The position numbers and the translations under genes are program-made. The notes below the pieces were generated by a model that searched no databases, was not told the origin of the DNA, and worked only from the letters and a program-made list of their open reading frames with translations. A stretch of 64,000 nt of DNA from Candidatus Ozemobacteraceae bacterium (lineage in GTDB: Bacteria; Muiribacteriota; Ozemobacteria; Ozemobacterales; Ozemobacteraceae), in assembly GCA_965140445.1 (NCBI GenBank), contig OZ223236.1:800001-864000 (forward strand), given 5' to 3'. Within the stretch, counting starts at the first letter, position 1, and each line of letters begins with the position of its first letter. Of the stretch, positions 44,977-54,028 are shown piece after piece.

Positions 44977-45915
44977 TTATAGAGTTTCCGGTTGTGCAGA
45001 ATCTTCTTTTGCTTGAGTCTTAGTGCTCATTAGAGGGCCGGTGATCTTGATTATATGCTTTGGACACACATTTTTACATTCAAGGCATCTTATACATTCG
45101 CAATTGTCCAGTTCATCCGGAACATATAAGTCGGTTGGGCAAACTTTAGAGCACATTCCGCATGATATGCAGGCATCTTTTTCAATTTCCAGCTTGTAAA
45201 AACTCACTTTGTTTAAAGGAGCTAAAAAGGCTCCCAGGGGGCAAACCCATCGACAAAATGGTCTTTTAATGAAAACCATCATAGCCATTAATATAGCTAA
45301 CAGTGTTACCTTCCATGCGAATAGCTTTCCAAGCATGGATCGTAAGTCGGGGTTCAGGTAGGCGAGGGGAATACCGCCTTCGAGAGTTCCAGCCGGACAA
45401 ATAAACTTACAGAAACTTGGCTCTCCTCCACCATATTCATCTACCCAAAATGCTGGTAGCAAAATTACAAAAACGATTAGAAAGCCATATTTTAAGTATT
45501 TAAGCCAATTTGCTCCCTTGAATTTGGGCGAGGGGATCTTATTTGCAATATCCTGGAGCCAACCAAATGGACATGCCCATCCGCAGGTGGCTCTACCGAA
45601 AATCACTCCAATCAAAAACAGGAAACCAATTATAAAAAATGGAGTTGAAGTGAAAATCACATTTAAACGATCCTTAAGTGAATGGGTGGCGGTAACATCC
45701 AATCCACCTCCACCGGCAATGGCTACTTGCGCTGCTCCCACCGGGCATGCGAAAAGAGCACCAGGACAACTATAGCAGTTTAAGGTTGGAACGCAGGCGT
45801 GCTTAAGAACGCCTTGATATATAGTTCCGTTCGCGAAACCTTTAAAATAGCCGTTCGATATTGCTGCGGTTACAGCTTGAACTCCAAATCTGAGGTTTAA
45901 CCAAGTCCTATGCAT
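44977..45915 (-). CDS. Membrane 4Fe-4S-binding protein (NapH/MauN-type polyferredoxin)
   Basis: CVPTLNCYSCPGA, CGWACPFG, RPFCRWVCPLG, CISCGMCSKVCP, CIRCLECKNVCP. Start ATG 45915 or GTG 45924. Confidence 0.9.
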   Translation of the reverse strand: MHRTWLNLRFGVQAVTAAISNGYFKGFANGTIYQGVLKHACVPTLNCYSCPGALFACPVGAAQVAIAGGGGLDVTATHSLKDRLNVIFTSTPFFIIGFLFLIGVIFGRATCGWACPFGWLQDIANKIPSPKFKGANWLKYLKYGFLIVFVILLPAFWVDEYGGGEPSFCKFICPAGTLEGGIPLAYLNPDLRSMLGKLFAWKVTLLAILMAMMVFIKRPFCRWVCPLGAFLAPLNKVSFYKLEIEKDACISCGMCSKVCPTDLYVPDELDNCECIRCLECKNVCPKHIIKITGPLMSTKTQAKEDSAQPETL

Positions 45916-46043
45916 TGAGTACACACCTGTATTGCCTTTTGAAAATAGCTTTGTGGTTCACCAGTATGAAAGCCGATTCCAATAAAAATTGCTGCCACTA
46001 CTAATAAAGCAATAGAAGCTAGAAACCTTTTTTTGTCCTGCAT
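45897..46043 (-). CDS. Small membrane CXXC protein (CD1871A-like), 48 aa
   Basis: Manual translation MQDKKRFLASIALLVVAAIFIGIGFHTGEPQSYFQKAIQVCTQCIGLG*. Starts 1 nt after the phosphatase stop and overlaps the polyferredoxin start. Not in the ORF track. Confidence 0.8.
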   Translation of the reverse strand: MQDKKRFLASIALLVVAAIFIGIGFHTGEPQSYFQKAIQVCTQCIGLG

Positions 46044-46044
46044 T

Positions 46045-47145
46045 TTAATAATCCTGCTTTACCAATTTGATTAGGGTTTTACCTATATGAGTGTTGTCGA
46101 AAAAGCCCATAAATAAATCTGAAGAAGGGCCAAAAGAAAAAACTGGAATCATATCAGCGGAATGTTGATCTGTTCCAAATGATGTTTTTGAAATCGTTCT
46201 ATCCTGGAGATTTCCGTCTAGTATTGAATATCCACCAGTCTCGTGATCTCCAGTAACTACTACTAAAGTATCGGGATTTTTTCTGGCAAATTTAAGCGCT
46301 TCTGAAACCGCTGAATCAAAATCTATAAGTTCGCCAAGCATTCTTTCTGAATCATTGTTATGACAAGCCATATCAATCTGAGAACCTTCAACCATAAGAA
46401 AGAAACCATTTTCTTTGTTTTCATGAAGAATCTCAATTGCTTTTTTGGTCAGCTCTCCAAGGGTGTAGTCTCTTTTTGTAGCTGGCGGAAGATGTTTTTC
46501 TGCAAGAAAAGCTGCAGCAGTTTTGGTTTTACCAAGTTTGCGAAAGGTATTAATTGAAGATACGACTGGCATTCTTTTACGTAATTCTGAAATCAAATTG
46601 GGATTGTCAGCATCTTTATTTTCTTCAACTTTAGTGTTTCTGAAGTATTTTAAGCCACCGCCAAACATGACTTCTAAATTAGCATTTACCTGTTGTCTGG
46701 CAATCTCCGGATACATGTTTCTGTGTTTTACATGGGCTGTAAATCCGCCTGGAGTAGCATGAGTTACGATGCTTGTGGAAACAATTCCTGTGGCTTTTTT
46801 ATTTTCTTCTGCCCACTCGACAACGTTTTTTATTTTCTGGTTTTCAGGAGTTGTTCCAACACGATAATTTTCGGTTTTTTCACCTGTGGCAAGAGCCGTC
46901 GCTGCTGCAGCTGAGTCTGTAACCAGATGGCTTTTTGACCAGGTGGTTTGGAACCCGATCTTTTTAAAATTTTCAATTGCCAGATCTCTAGCAACAATTT
47001 TACCGGCAGTTAATTGAGTAATTCCCATTCCATCACCAATAAGAAGGATGATGTTCTTTGGAGTCTCTGCCATCAAAGGACAGGTAGAAGCGAACACTGA
47101 GAAGACAAGAGAAATTACGAGAGTGGATTTGGCTAAAAAGTTCAT
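46045..47145 (-). CDS. phoA: Alkaline phosphatase (PhoA family), exported
   Basis: NIILLIGDGMG, VTDSAAAATALATG, THATP, GFFLMVEGSQID, GDHETGG. Confidence 0.9.
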   Translation of the reverse strand: MNFLAKSTLVISLVFSVFASTCPLMAETPKNIILLIGDGMGITQLTAGKIVARDLAIENFKKIGFQTTWSKSHLVTDSAAAATALATGEKTENYRVGTTPENQKIKNVVEWAEENKKATGIVSTSIVTHATPGGFTAHVKHRNMYPEIARQQVNANLEVMFGGGLKYFRNTKVEENKDADNPNLISELRKRMPVVSSINTFRKLGKTKTAAAFLAEKHLPPATKRDYTLGELTKKAIEILHENKENGFFLMVEGSQIDMACHNNDSERMLGELIDFDSAVSEALKFARKNPDTLVVVTGDHETGGYSILDGNLQDRTISKTSFGTDQHSADMIPVFSFGPSSDLFMGFFDNTHIGKTLIKLVKQDY

Positions 47146-47324
47146 ATTTCTTTCCTATTAATTATCTGTTTTTCTCGAATGTATTAAAAAATATGCACGT
47201 TGGCAATAGCAAACTGGTTAAAGACAATAAATCTAACGAAAACAATTTAACTGGCCGATAGTTTAGTAAGCCAAGTTACCTGGGCGATAAAAATTCGAAA
47301 AGATATACCTACAGGGGGCAAAGA

Positions 47325-47594
47325 ATGGGTGTTTTAATCCCTTTGTTTAAGTCACGAGAAACAGAATCCGATCTTCATCTTAGCAGCGAAGAGCAGCTTA
47401 GAGTTAGACTTATTCAAAATTCAATGGAAGCCTTGAAAAAAGAGGAAAAAGCTGTAGAAAACGAGATTTCCGAAAAATGTAAAGAAGAAATCAATCGACT
47501 TGATATTATTGATAGAAAATTCAGACAGCTTGAAAAAGAGCTTGAGGAAGTCTGCAGAAGCAGTAGGCAGCCTGATGTGAAACGGGGGCACTGA
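47325..47594 (+). CDS. Small coiled-coil hypothetical protein
   Basis: RBS AGGGGG; 89 aa, heptad-rich in E/K/L. Confidence 0.55.
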   Translation: MGVLIPLFKSRETESDLHLSSEEQLRVRLIQNSMEALKKEEKAVENEISEKCKEEINRLDIIDRKFRQLEKELEEVCRSSRQPDVKRGH

Positions 47595-47785
47595 TGTTAA
47601 AACATTCTTTGTTCTCTAATTTCTATCTTAACAGAAAAAACAACCAGCTAAGACAGTCTGGTGAAACTCAAGAGCCGGGAGCAATTCATGGCGCACTTGC
47701 TGTATCACGCAAAGAATCGCAATCTACCGGGATTCCGGTAAGTCGAATGCGCTCACGAACATGGTGGGAAAGCGGCTGGAAGTAA
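47594..47785 (+). CDS. Small hypothetical protein
   Basis: TGATG stop/start coupling with the upstream ORF; followed by a terminator. Confidence 0.4.
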   Translation: MLKHSLFSNFYLNRKNNQLRQSGETQEPGAIHGALAVSRKESQSTGIPVSRMRSRTWWESGWK

Positions 47786-47793
47786 ATGTTGAT

Positions 47794-47829
47794 AAATAAA
47801 ACCGTCTTAATTTAAGGCGGTTTTATTTT
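47794..47829. terminator. Bidirectional intrinsic terminator
   Basis: AAATAAAACCGTCTTAA...TTAAGGCGGTTTTATTT hairpin between convergent genes. Confidence 0.7.
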
Positions 47830-48938
47830 TTCAGGACATTAGCGAAACTTTTGATGTGCTGGCGCATTGCTTTTTCCCAGGTAAATTTCTGGGATTGTTT
47901 AATGGCCTGGCTTCTAGAACTTTTTCTGTCTCGATTAAGTAGCCTTTGCATCGCTTGAGCAAGTGAAACCCCATCAAATGGCCTGGCATATTCTGCTGAT
48001 TCTTCACAAATTTCTGGCATTGGACCAATATCCATGGCTACGACTGGACATGAACAACCCATTGATTCCAGGAGAATGTTAGGGCAATTCTCGCACCAGG
48101 AAGTGTAAACCATTGCTTCTGCGTTTGCGTATAAGCCTGGCAACTGATTATAAGGCACTTTATCCAGAAAAATGATTCTATCGGTAACCTTTGCGTCAAT
48201 GGCTCTTTGTTTAACCATTTTTAAATATCCAAGGTCAAATTCTTTCCCAGCTACGTAGACTGGGGGAAGTGTGCGGTCGTGGGCCAGAGCATCAACAATA
48301 TATTCCAGGCCTTTGTATACGTATAGATTTGAAACAAACAGAAAGTAAGGTTTTTTCAGCCTTTTTAAGGTTGCCGGGGCTGAAGGGTTAAACATTGGAC
48401 TTGTTCCATGATAAAGAACATCGCTTTCCAATCCTGGAACCCACTTTTTTAATAGCTCTGCTGTTGCATGTGAAAGAGAAATTATTTTATCTGCATTTCT
48501 TAGTGCATGAAGAGTTAGCCATTGTAGGGAAAGCATTTGCAGAGTTTTTGCCAATGGCTCAAAATTAAAAAGGAGCTTTCTTACTTTTGGAGTAAGTGGA
48601 GCAACATTTTGAACCATTACTACTACAGGAATTCCGGGGTTAATAAGAGGCATGATGTTGGCTACGCAGAAAAGCAGGTCTGCCTTTTTTTCCTTGCATA
48701 GGCTTATCAGTCCTGTGTTCTCCCACAAATATCTGGATACTAGATTTCCTGAGGCTTTTTTGATCTGAAGTATTTCAATGTTCTTATACTCTTTGCAAGC
48801 CTCTGGAACGTTCATTTCTGGAACCGCAAAAATGAAATGCGATTCTGGTGAAATTGCAGGGAGCCATTCCAGAAGATTCAGCAGGTAGGCTACTCCGCCT
48901 CCCGCTCTGGCTGAAACTGCATTTATTAAAATTCGCAT
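47823..48938 (-). CDS. Glycosyltransferase family 4 (GT-B)
   Basis: MRILINAVSARAGGG, YFLFVSNLYVYKG, ENCPNILLESMGC, QKFTWE. Start moved to ATG 48938. Confidence 0.9.
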   Translation of the reverse strand: MRILINAVSARAGGGVAYLLNLLEWLPAISPESHFIFAVPEMNVPEACKEYKNIEILQIKKASGNLVSRYLWENTGLISLCKEKKADLLFCVANIMPLINPGIPVVVMVQNVAPLTPKVRKLLFNFEPLAKTLQMLSLQWLTLHALRNADKIISLSHATAELLKKWVPGLESDVLYHGTSPMFNPSAPATLKRLKKPYFLFVSNLYVYKGLEYIVDALAHDRTLPPVYVAGKEFDLGYLKMVKQRAIDAKVTDRIIFLDKVPYNQLPGLYANAEAMVYTSWCENCPNILLESMGCSCPVVAMDIGPMPEICEESAEYARPFDGVSLAQAMQRLLNRDRKSSRSQAIKQSQKFTWEKAMRQHIKSFANVLKK

Positions 48939-48944
48939 TGGCGT

Positions 48945-48973
48945 ATTATAAACCAACAACATATTAAACTCAA
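48945..48973 (-). promoter_or_regulatory. sigma70 promoter of the glycosyltransferase (leaderless)
   Basis: TTGAGT-17-TATAAT, 6 nt before ATG 48938, with no SD sequence. Confidence 0.55.
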
Positions 48974-48990
48974 TAAAAGCCGCTAAAAAT

Positions 48991-49021
48991 AGAAATCCCG
49001 CTCGTAGCGAGCGGGATTTCT
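48991..49021 (-). terminator. Intrinsic terminator
   Basis: 14-bp stem AGAAATCCCGCTCG/CGAGCGGGATTTCT, followed by ATTTTT on the minus strand. Confidence 0.75.
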
Positions 49022-49040
49022 GGGTTTTAGAAAGTATTGT

Positions 49041-50822
49041 TTATTTATCAGCTAACTTTTCGATATCTTCAGGCCATAAAGCCATGTTTTGTTTAACATA
49101 GTCTTTTACGTAGTCAGCAGCTTTGTGGTTGTATACTGAGAAATTTAAAACAGCGTTGTATTTAGGATAACGATCTGGTCCAACGAGTTTTTCGATAACT
49201 TCAACAGGATTTCCTTTGAAGAAACCAAGTTTTTCTCTTTCAGTCACAATTTTTGCAGCATCAGATTCGGCGAATCCGATCATTCTTAGCATTTTAACTG
49301 TAACGGTGTTGAGATCCATTCTGAATTCCCAGTAATCGTTATTTTTTCCCATTTTCTTAGCGATTGAATCTTTAAAAGATCCGAGGAGTCCAGATTTTTT
49401 CTCAAGTTTAACTTTGCCGGCAAACCACATTTGTGGGCCAACGTTAGCAAAAATATTGGCTCCAGACATTGCTTTCTTGAAGAGAGCTTCAGTATAGCTT
49501 CTATATGCATCTCTGGCTTTTAGATAATCATTTTTGCTAACTTTTTTCTGAACGTAAGCGACTTTATATTGATAATAGTTTTTGTAGCCTTCGGCAGCTC
49601 TTTTATCCAAAGTCACATAGTTGGTGCCTTCCAGGAAAATTCTATAAACAACTCTTTTATCTTCAGGGAAGAGTTCTACATAGTTTTTAACAAATTCAAC
49701 AAAATCCATTGGGTTTGTAAGCATTGTTTGAACACATTTTTCAAATGGAGCGTTGATTGCCCTGCTTGTAAGAATGTCATAAAACAAACCAGCTACAACA
49801 CCTTCTGTGGACATCAGCTGAAGGCCATTCTTCATGGTTCCGGTTTTTTTGCCAACGTGATTTGCCCAAACATATCTGTCGCGGCGTATTGGGTCCTGGC
49901 GGCCATAGAGGAATTCTGAAATATTGTATTTTTTTCTATCTTTTTCTTTCAGCTTTGGATTAGATGGACCATAAACGGCTTCAAATGCTTCAGCCCAACC
50001 TTCGATGTAGGCCATTCCCAGATCTGTTATATAAGGAGCATCGTGACCATTGGTTGAAGTTCTCTGAATTTTATGGAAAAGTTTGCCATAAAGGTCGAAC
50101 TGAATTCCATGAGCATTTTCATGGGCAAGAACGAGATCAAGCGTGTCGTTTTCAAGTGCTTCTTTTACAGAGAAAAGTGTTTTACCACCTGATTTTATAT
50201 CAAGAACGCAGATGGCAGAAGTTTCAAGTCCAAATCTTTTTCCTGTTTTAGGATCAACCATTTCCACACCCATAGGCATCATGCATGGGCCTGGGGCCGG
50301 AACAAATGCTGGCAAAGGAGACTTAGCCATAACTACCATAGGAGAACCAACTGACTGGGAAAGAAAATTTATTACATTCTTTTTTTGTTCAGCGGTAAGC
50401 TGAGAAGCTTTTTCAATTGCAGGACGCAGAGCCTGATATCTGATTTGTCTTGCTGTTTTTCTAAGTTTAAGTGAATCCTGCATTTCTTTGCTTTTTAGAA
50501 GATATGGAAGAACCACTGCATTATGATAGCCCTTTGCTTCAGCTGGTTCACCCTGGAAGGCTTCAGCAGAAAGTGCGAAAACAAGAAATCCTGCATCTGG
50601 GATTTTTACTGTTTTTGGCAGATTGAGTGCTTTACCAAGAAAACCGCCAATAAGTTTGCCTTTTCCCTGGGTTATAGGCTGCAAAACGGCTATTGGATTT
50701 TCCATAATGCTCTGAGCATCATTCGAAAGTTGTGTTACAGGCTTTCTCGCAAATGAAGAGCTTGTAAAAAGCAGAACGAAAATCAATAAAGAGAACAAAT
50801 ATTTGTTTTGTTTATACTTCAT
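49041..50822 (-). CDS. Secreted gluzincin-like metalloprotease with C-terminal helix-hairpin-helix-like domain
   Basis: Signal peptide; VLAHENAHG followed by AYIEGWAEAFE; C-term MDLNTVTVKMLRMIGFAESDAAKIVTEREKLGFF. Start moved to ATG 50822 (RBS GGAGG). Confidence 0.65.
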   Translation of the reverse strand: MKYKQNKYLFSLLIFVLLFTSSSFARKPVTQLSNDAQSIMENPIAVLQPITQGKGKLIGGFLGKALNLPKTVKIPDAGFLVFALSAEAFQGEPAEAKGYHNAVVLPYLLKSKEMQDSLKLRKTARQIRYQALRPAIEKASQLTAEQKKNVINFLSQSVGSPMVVMAKSPLPAFVPAPGPCMMPMGVEMVDPKTGKRFGLETSAICVLDIKSGGKTLFSVKEALENDTLDLVLAHENAHGIQFDLYGKLFHKIQRTSTNGHDAPYITDLGMAYIEGWAEAFEAVYGPSNPKLKEKDRKKYNISEFLYGRQDPIRRDRYVWANHVGKKTGTMKNGLQLMSTEGVVAGLFYDILTSRAINAPFEKCVQTMLTNPMDFVEFVKNYVELFPEDKRVVYRIFLEGTNYVTLDKRAAEGYKNYYQYKVAYVQKKVSKNDYLKARDAYRSYTEALFKKAMSGANIFANVGPQMWFAGKVKLEKKSGLLGSFKDSIAKKMGKNNDYWEFRMDLNTVTVKMLRMIGFAESDAAKIVTEREKLGFFKGNPVEVIEKLVGPDRYPKYNAVLNFSVYNHKAADYVKDYVKQNMALWPEDIEKLADK

Positions 50823-50846
50823 GGTCCCTCCTGAATGTATTATTTT

Positions 50847-50875
50847 ATTGTACATAGCCGAAACTTTGACGTCAA
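50847..50875 (-). promoter_or_regulatory. sigma70 promoter with -35 embedded in a 10-bp palindrome
   Basis: TTGACG-17-TACAAT; TTGACGTCAA palindrome at 50866-50875. Confidence 0.55.
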
Positions 50876-51005
50876 TAGTTTGAGGTGCTAAAAATGCGTC
50901 TTTTTACTTAGTGAGTAAGATTGACTCCGGTGCAAAAAAACAACGTGACCATCAATCAAAGATTAACAGTCACGTTATATGTTTGAAATTAATTTTTACT
51001 TTTCT

Positions 51006-52154
51006 TTAAACCACAGATTTTTCTAACGAAACTCCATCAAGATTATAGAGTCTTTTTACATTTAGATCGTTGATGACATCGCATTCAGTTCCGTTAATTA
51101 CCTGGTCTGCAAGCAATTGGCTGACAGCTGGAGCTAACATTAAACCATGTCCTGAAAAACCACAGGCCTGATAGAAATTTTCTATTTCTTCAACTGGACC
51201 CAAGATTGGTTGAGCATCTGCTGTCATTTCATAAAGCCCAGCCCATTGTCTTACTATTCTTAGTTGAGATAATTTGGGGAATAAGCTGGTAAACCTTTTG
51301 CTCATCTCGTACATAAAGTGCATGGAACTTCCAACATTTGTGCCAACCGGTTCGTTTGGATCGCCCATTCCCATTACAATTCCGCCACTCATTTCCTGTC
51401 TTGCATACAGGCCAACATTAAAGCTTATAACCATTGGGTTCCAGAGTCTTTCTACCGGTTCGGTTACCAGAATTTCATGCCTATATGGGTCAACCGGGAT
51501 TTCAACATTTAACATTTCACCTATGCTTCGAGAAAATCCGCCGGCGCAGTTAAAGAGAATGGGGGTTTCATAGGTCCTTCCATTTTCTGTCATGATGAAG
51601 AATCTATTACTTTTCATCATTATGCCACTGACGTTTGTCCAGAGATGAATTTGTGCTCCAAGTCTTTGAGCTGCATTGGCATAAGCCTGGGTAAGGAGAA
51701 ACGGGTTAATATGCCCATCTGTTGGGCACCATGTAGCTTTTCTTATTAGTGTTTCATTCAAAAACGGGACTATTTTTCTTGCTTCGGAGGGGTCGACAAA
51801 ATCTATGTCCAGGCCAAGTTTTCTTTGCATCTGAACGTTCTTTTCAAATTGCTTTTCTTCTTCTTCGGTGTGGGCAAGAATTAAATATCCACCTTGAAAG
51901 AATTCTGTTTTGTAGCCTAGTTCTTCTTCAATACTTTCCAGTCTTTTAACCGAATCCATTGCCAGTCTGGTATTTGAAGCAGTACTCCATTGCTGTCGAA
52001 AGCCGCCTCCACATCTACCTGTTGAACCGCTGGCAAGATAATGTCTTTCAAGGATACAAATATCTTTCATACCTGATTTTGCCAGCTCGTAAGCGGTAGA
52101 AACTCCAAGAATCCCGCCTCCGATAATGATTGCATCAAAATTAGTTTTCATCAT
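51006..52154 (-). CDS. FAD-dependent oxidoreductase, sarcosine oxidase beta / proline dehydrogenase-like (DAO family)
   Basis: IIGGGILG, GSTGRCGGG, RQWAGLYEMTAD, CGFSGHGLMLAP. Confidence 0.92.
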   Translation of the reverse strand: MMKTNFDAIIIGGGILGVSTAYELAKSGMKDICILERHYLASGSTGRCGGGFRQQWSTASNTRLAMDSVKRLESIEEELGYKTEFFQGGYLILAHTEEEEKQFEKNVQMQRKLGLDIDFVDPSEARKIVPFLNETLIRKATWCPTDGHINPFLLTQAYANAAQRLGAQIHLWTNVSGIMMKSNRFFIMTENGRTYETPILFNCAGGFSRSIGEMLNVEIPVDPYRHEILVTEPVERLWNPMVISFNVGLYARQEMSGGIVMGMGDPNEPVGTNVGSSMHFMYEMSKRFTSLFPKLSQLRIVRQWAGLYEMTADAQPILGPVEEIENFYQACGFSGHGLMLAPAVSQLLADQVINGTECDVINDLNVKRLYNLDGVSLEKSVV

Positions 52155-52440
52155 TTTCGTCAGCCTCCTCTGAGTTTTTTCCCTCGACTTCGGCCATTAT
52201 AAGATCAAATGGAACTGGCCGGTTTGGCGGACGAAAGGTTGGGGGGTAAATTTCACTTGGACTGGTTTTCAGTTCGCGGCTAAGAATTTGTGAAACAAGT
52301 CGACGGCATGTTCTTCCCTGGCAGGCTCCCATTCCAGCTCTAACCAATCGACGAATTTCATCTATAGTTGTTGCTCCTTGTTTTATGGCAGCAATGATTT
52401 CTTCTTCGGTTACATCCTGGCATCTACAAATGATTTTCAT
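52141..52440 (-). CDS. BFD-like (2Fe-2S)-binding protein
   Basis: IICRCQDVT...RAGMGACQGRTC...TFRPP. Confidence 0.9.
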   Translation of the reverse strand: MKIICRCQDVTEEEIIAAIKQGATTIDEIRRLVRAGMGACQGRTCRRLVSQILSRELKTSPSEIYPPTFRPPNRPVPFDLIMAEVEGKNSEEADENDEN

Positions 52441-52937
52441 TTTGCTTCCCCCTTAATGACCTTTAATCCTCGGATATCGTGAACTTTATCTTTGGGGATT
52501 TCAATGGTTACTGTTGCCGTTTTATCAAAAGCCGGAGGGTTTAATACCCTTATCACCTTTGCTCTACAAACGTCTTTTCCACATCGATCCAGGGCCATTA
52601 CTTCCTGGTCTTTTTGCGGAAGCGGTAGAAGCTCGTAACTCATGGTCAGAGTGGCTTTGTCAGATTTACTACTTTTGTTAATAATGAAGATAGCCAATCC
52701 AGGACATTTTGGGACACAGGCTCCGCAGCCAGTACATTTTTCAAAATCAAGGCGGGGCCGATTTGTTATTCCTTCTTTCATTTCTATTGCCTTTACAGGA
52801 CATGCAGAAACGCAAGGATCACATGGAATATCCTGCAAACACTCAATTATGGCAACAGGACCTTTTTCGTAGCGACTTTCCGGAGGCAGACATGCTTGAA
52901 GCTCTTCAATTGTGACAATTCCATCGTTTTTTAACAT
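52437..52937 (-). CDS. 4Fe-4S ferredoxin-type subunit
   Basis: ECLQDIPCDPCVSACP, CTGCGACVPKCPG. Start moved to ATG 52937 (RBS GGAGG). Confidence 0.9.
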   Translation of the reverse strand: MLKNDGIVTIEELQACLPPESRYEKGPVAIIECLQDIPCDPCVSACPVKAIEMKEGITNRPRLDFEKCTGCGACVPKCPGLAIFIINKSSKSDKATLTMSYELLPLPQKDQEVMALDRCGKDVCRAKVIRVLNPPAFDKTATVTIEIPKDKVHDIRGLKVIKGEAK

Positions 52938-54028
52938 TTTTCTACCTCCTTGATCAGTCTGTCGCGGCCCCATCTGATTCTTTCTCCGGTAGAGCCTGAT
53001 CTTAGAGTTTTCAATTCCTCTCTGGCTTCAGAAACAATCTCTTCTGCTTTTTCAGATTTTCCAAATAAGCTTTCATAGGCTCTGGCGCCAGCTATTCTTC
53101 CGCCAAGAATTGCAGTTGTAGCTTCTTCAATTCCAGAAGCATCACCAGCGACAAAGATTGAGGGGTTGGTCGAGCGCATATTTGCATCATGTATTGGAAC
53201 CAGCCCGCCCAGTTCATTTACGTGGATCATTCTGCAGCTTGCTTGCTGAAATAGATCGATTAAAGGTGTGAGCCCAACCGCCAGACAAATGCAATCGCAC
53301 TCTATTTCAAATTCAGTATTTGGTACCGGCTGAAACTTTTCATCTATTCTGCAAAGTTGAGCGCCGGTAACTTCTGTTTCGCCAAGGGCAGAAAGGATTG
53401 TGTGTCCTGTAAAAATGGGGACTCCCATTCTTCTAATTTTGCTGGCATGAACCAGATATCCTCCGATTCTATCCATGGCTTCAACCAGGCCTACGACTTC
53501 TACTCCTGCCTGAAGAAGCTGGTAGCTGACTATCAAGCCAATGTTGCCGCTGCCAATCATCAAAATTTTGTTTCCTGGTTTTATGCCGTGAACATTCATT
53601 AATGTTTGGACACCGCCGGCCCCATAAACACCTGGAAGGTCATTGTTTTCAAAAGTCAGACTGTTTTCTGTTGCGCCAGTGCAAACAATTGCTCTTTCAT
53701 AATTTACTCGCTCGTAAGCTTCCTGTGATAAAATTCCCGCTTCATTCTGGCTATAGAAGCCAACAGCAGCGGTGTTGGTTAAAATAGAAAGCTTGTCTCC
53801 AAATTGTTCTATTTCTTCAAAAAGCTTTTTGGCAATTGTGATACCTCTAATTCCCGCATCCCTTTGGCTGCTTCCAAAAAATCTATGAGTTTGCTTAATT
53901 AATTGCCCGCCTAATTTAGCACTGTCATCCACAAGTAAGGTTTTTGCGCCAAGCTCTGCTGCTACTATTGCAGCTGATAAGCCAGCTGGACCTCCACCAA
54001 TAACGAAAATTTCAGTTGATCGACTCAT
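52931..54028 (-). CDS. NAD(P)/FAD-dependent oxidoreductase (sarcosine oxidase alpha / HcnB-like)
   Basis: VIGGGPAGL, LGGQLIKQTHRFFG, IGSGNIGL, IFVAGDASGIEEA. Confidence 0.9.
   Translation of the reverse strand: MSRSTEIFVIGGGPAGLSAAIVAAELGAKTLLVDDSAKLGGQLIKQTHRFFGSSQRDAGIRGITIAKKLFEEIEQFGDKLSILTNTAAVGFYSQNEAGILSQEAYERVNYERAIVCTGATENSLTFENNDLPGVYGAGGVQTLMNVHGIKPGNKILMIGSGNIGLIVSYQLLQAGVEVVGLVEAMDRIGGYLVHASKIRRMGVPIFTGHTILSALGETEVTGAQLCRIDEKFQPVPNTEFEIECDCICLAVGLTPLIDLFQQASCRMIHVNELGGLVPIHDANMRSTNPSIFVAGDASGIEEATTAILGGRIAGARAYESLFGKSEKAEEIVSEAREELKTLRSGSTGERIRWGRDRLIKEVEKC

Noticed and set aside
50942..50976. AACGTGAC...GTCACGTT inverted repeat as ncRNA or operator
   Set aside because: 8-bp arms with a long imperfect interior just downstream of an operon; at most a weak terminator.
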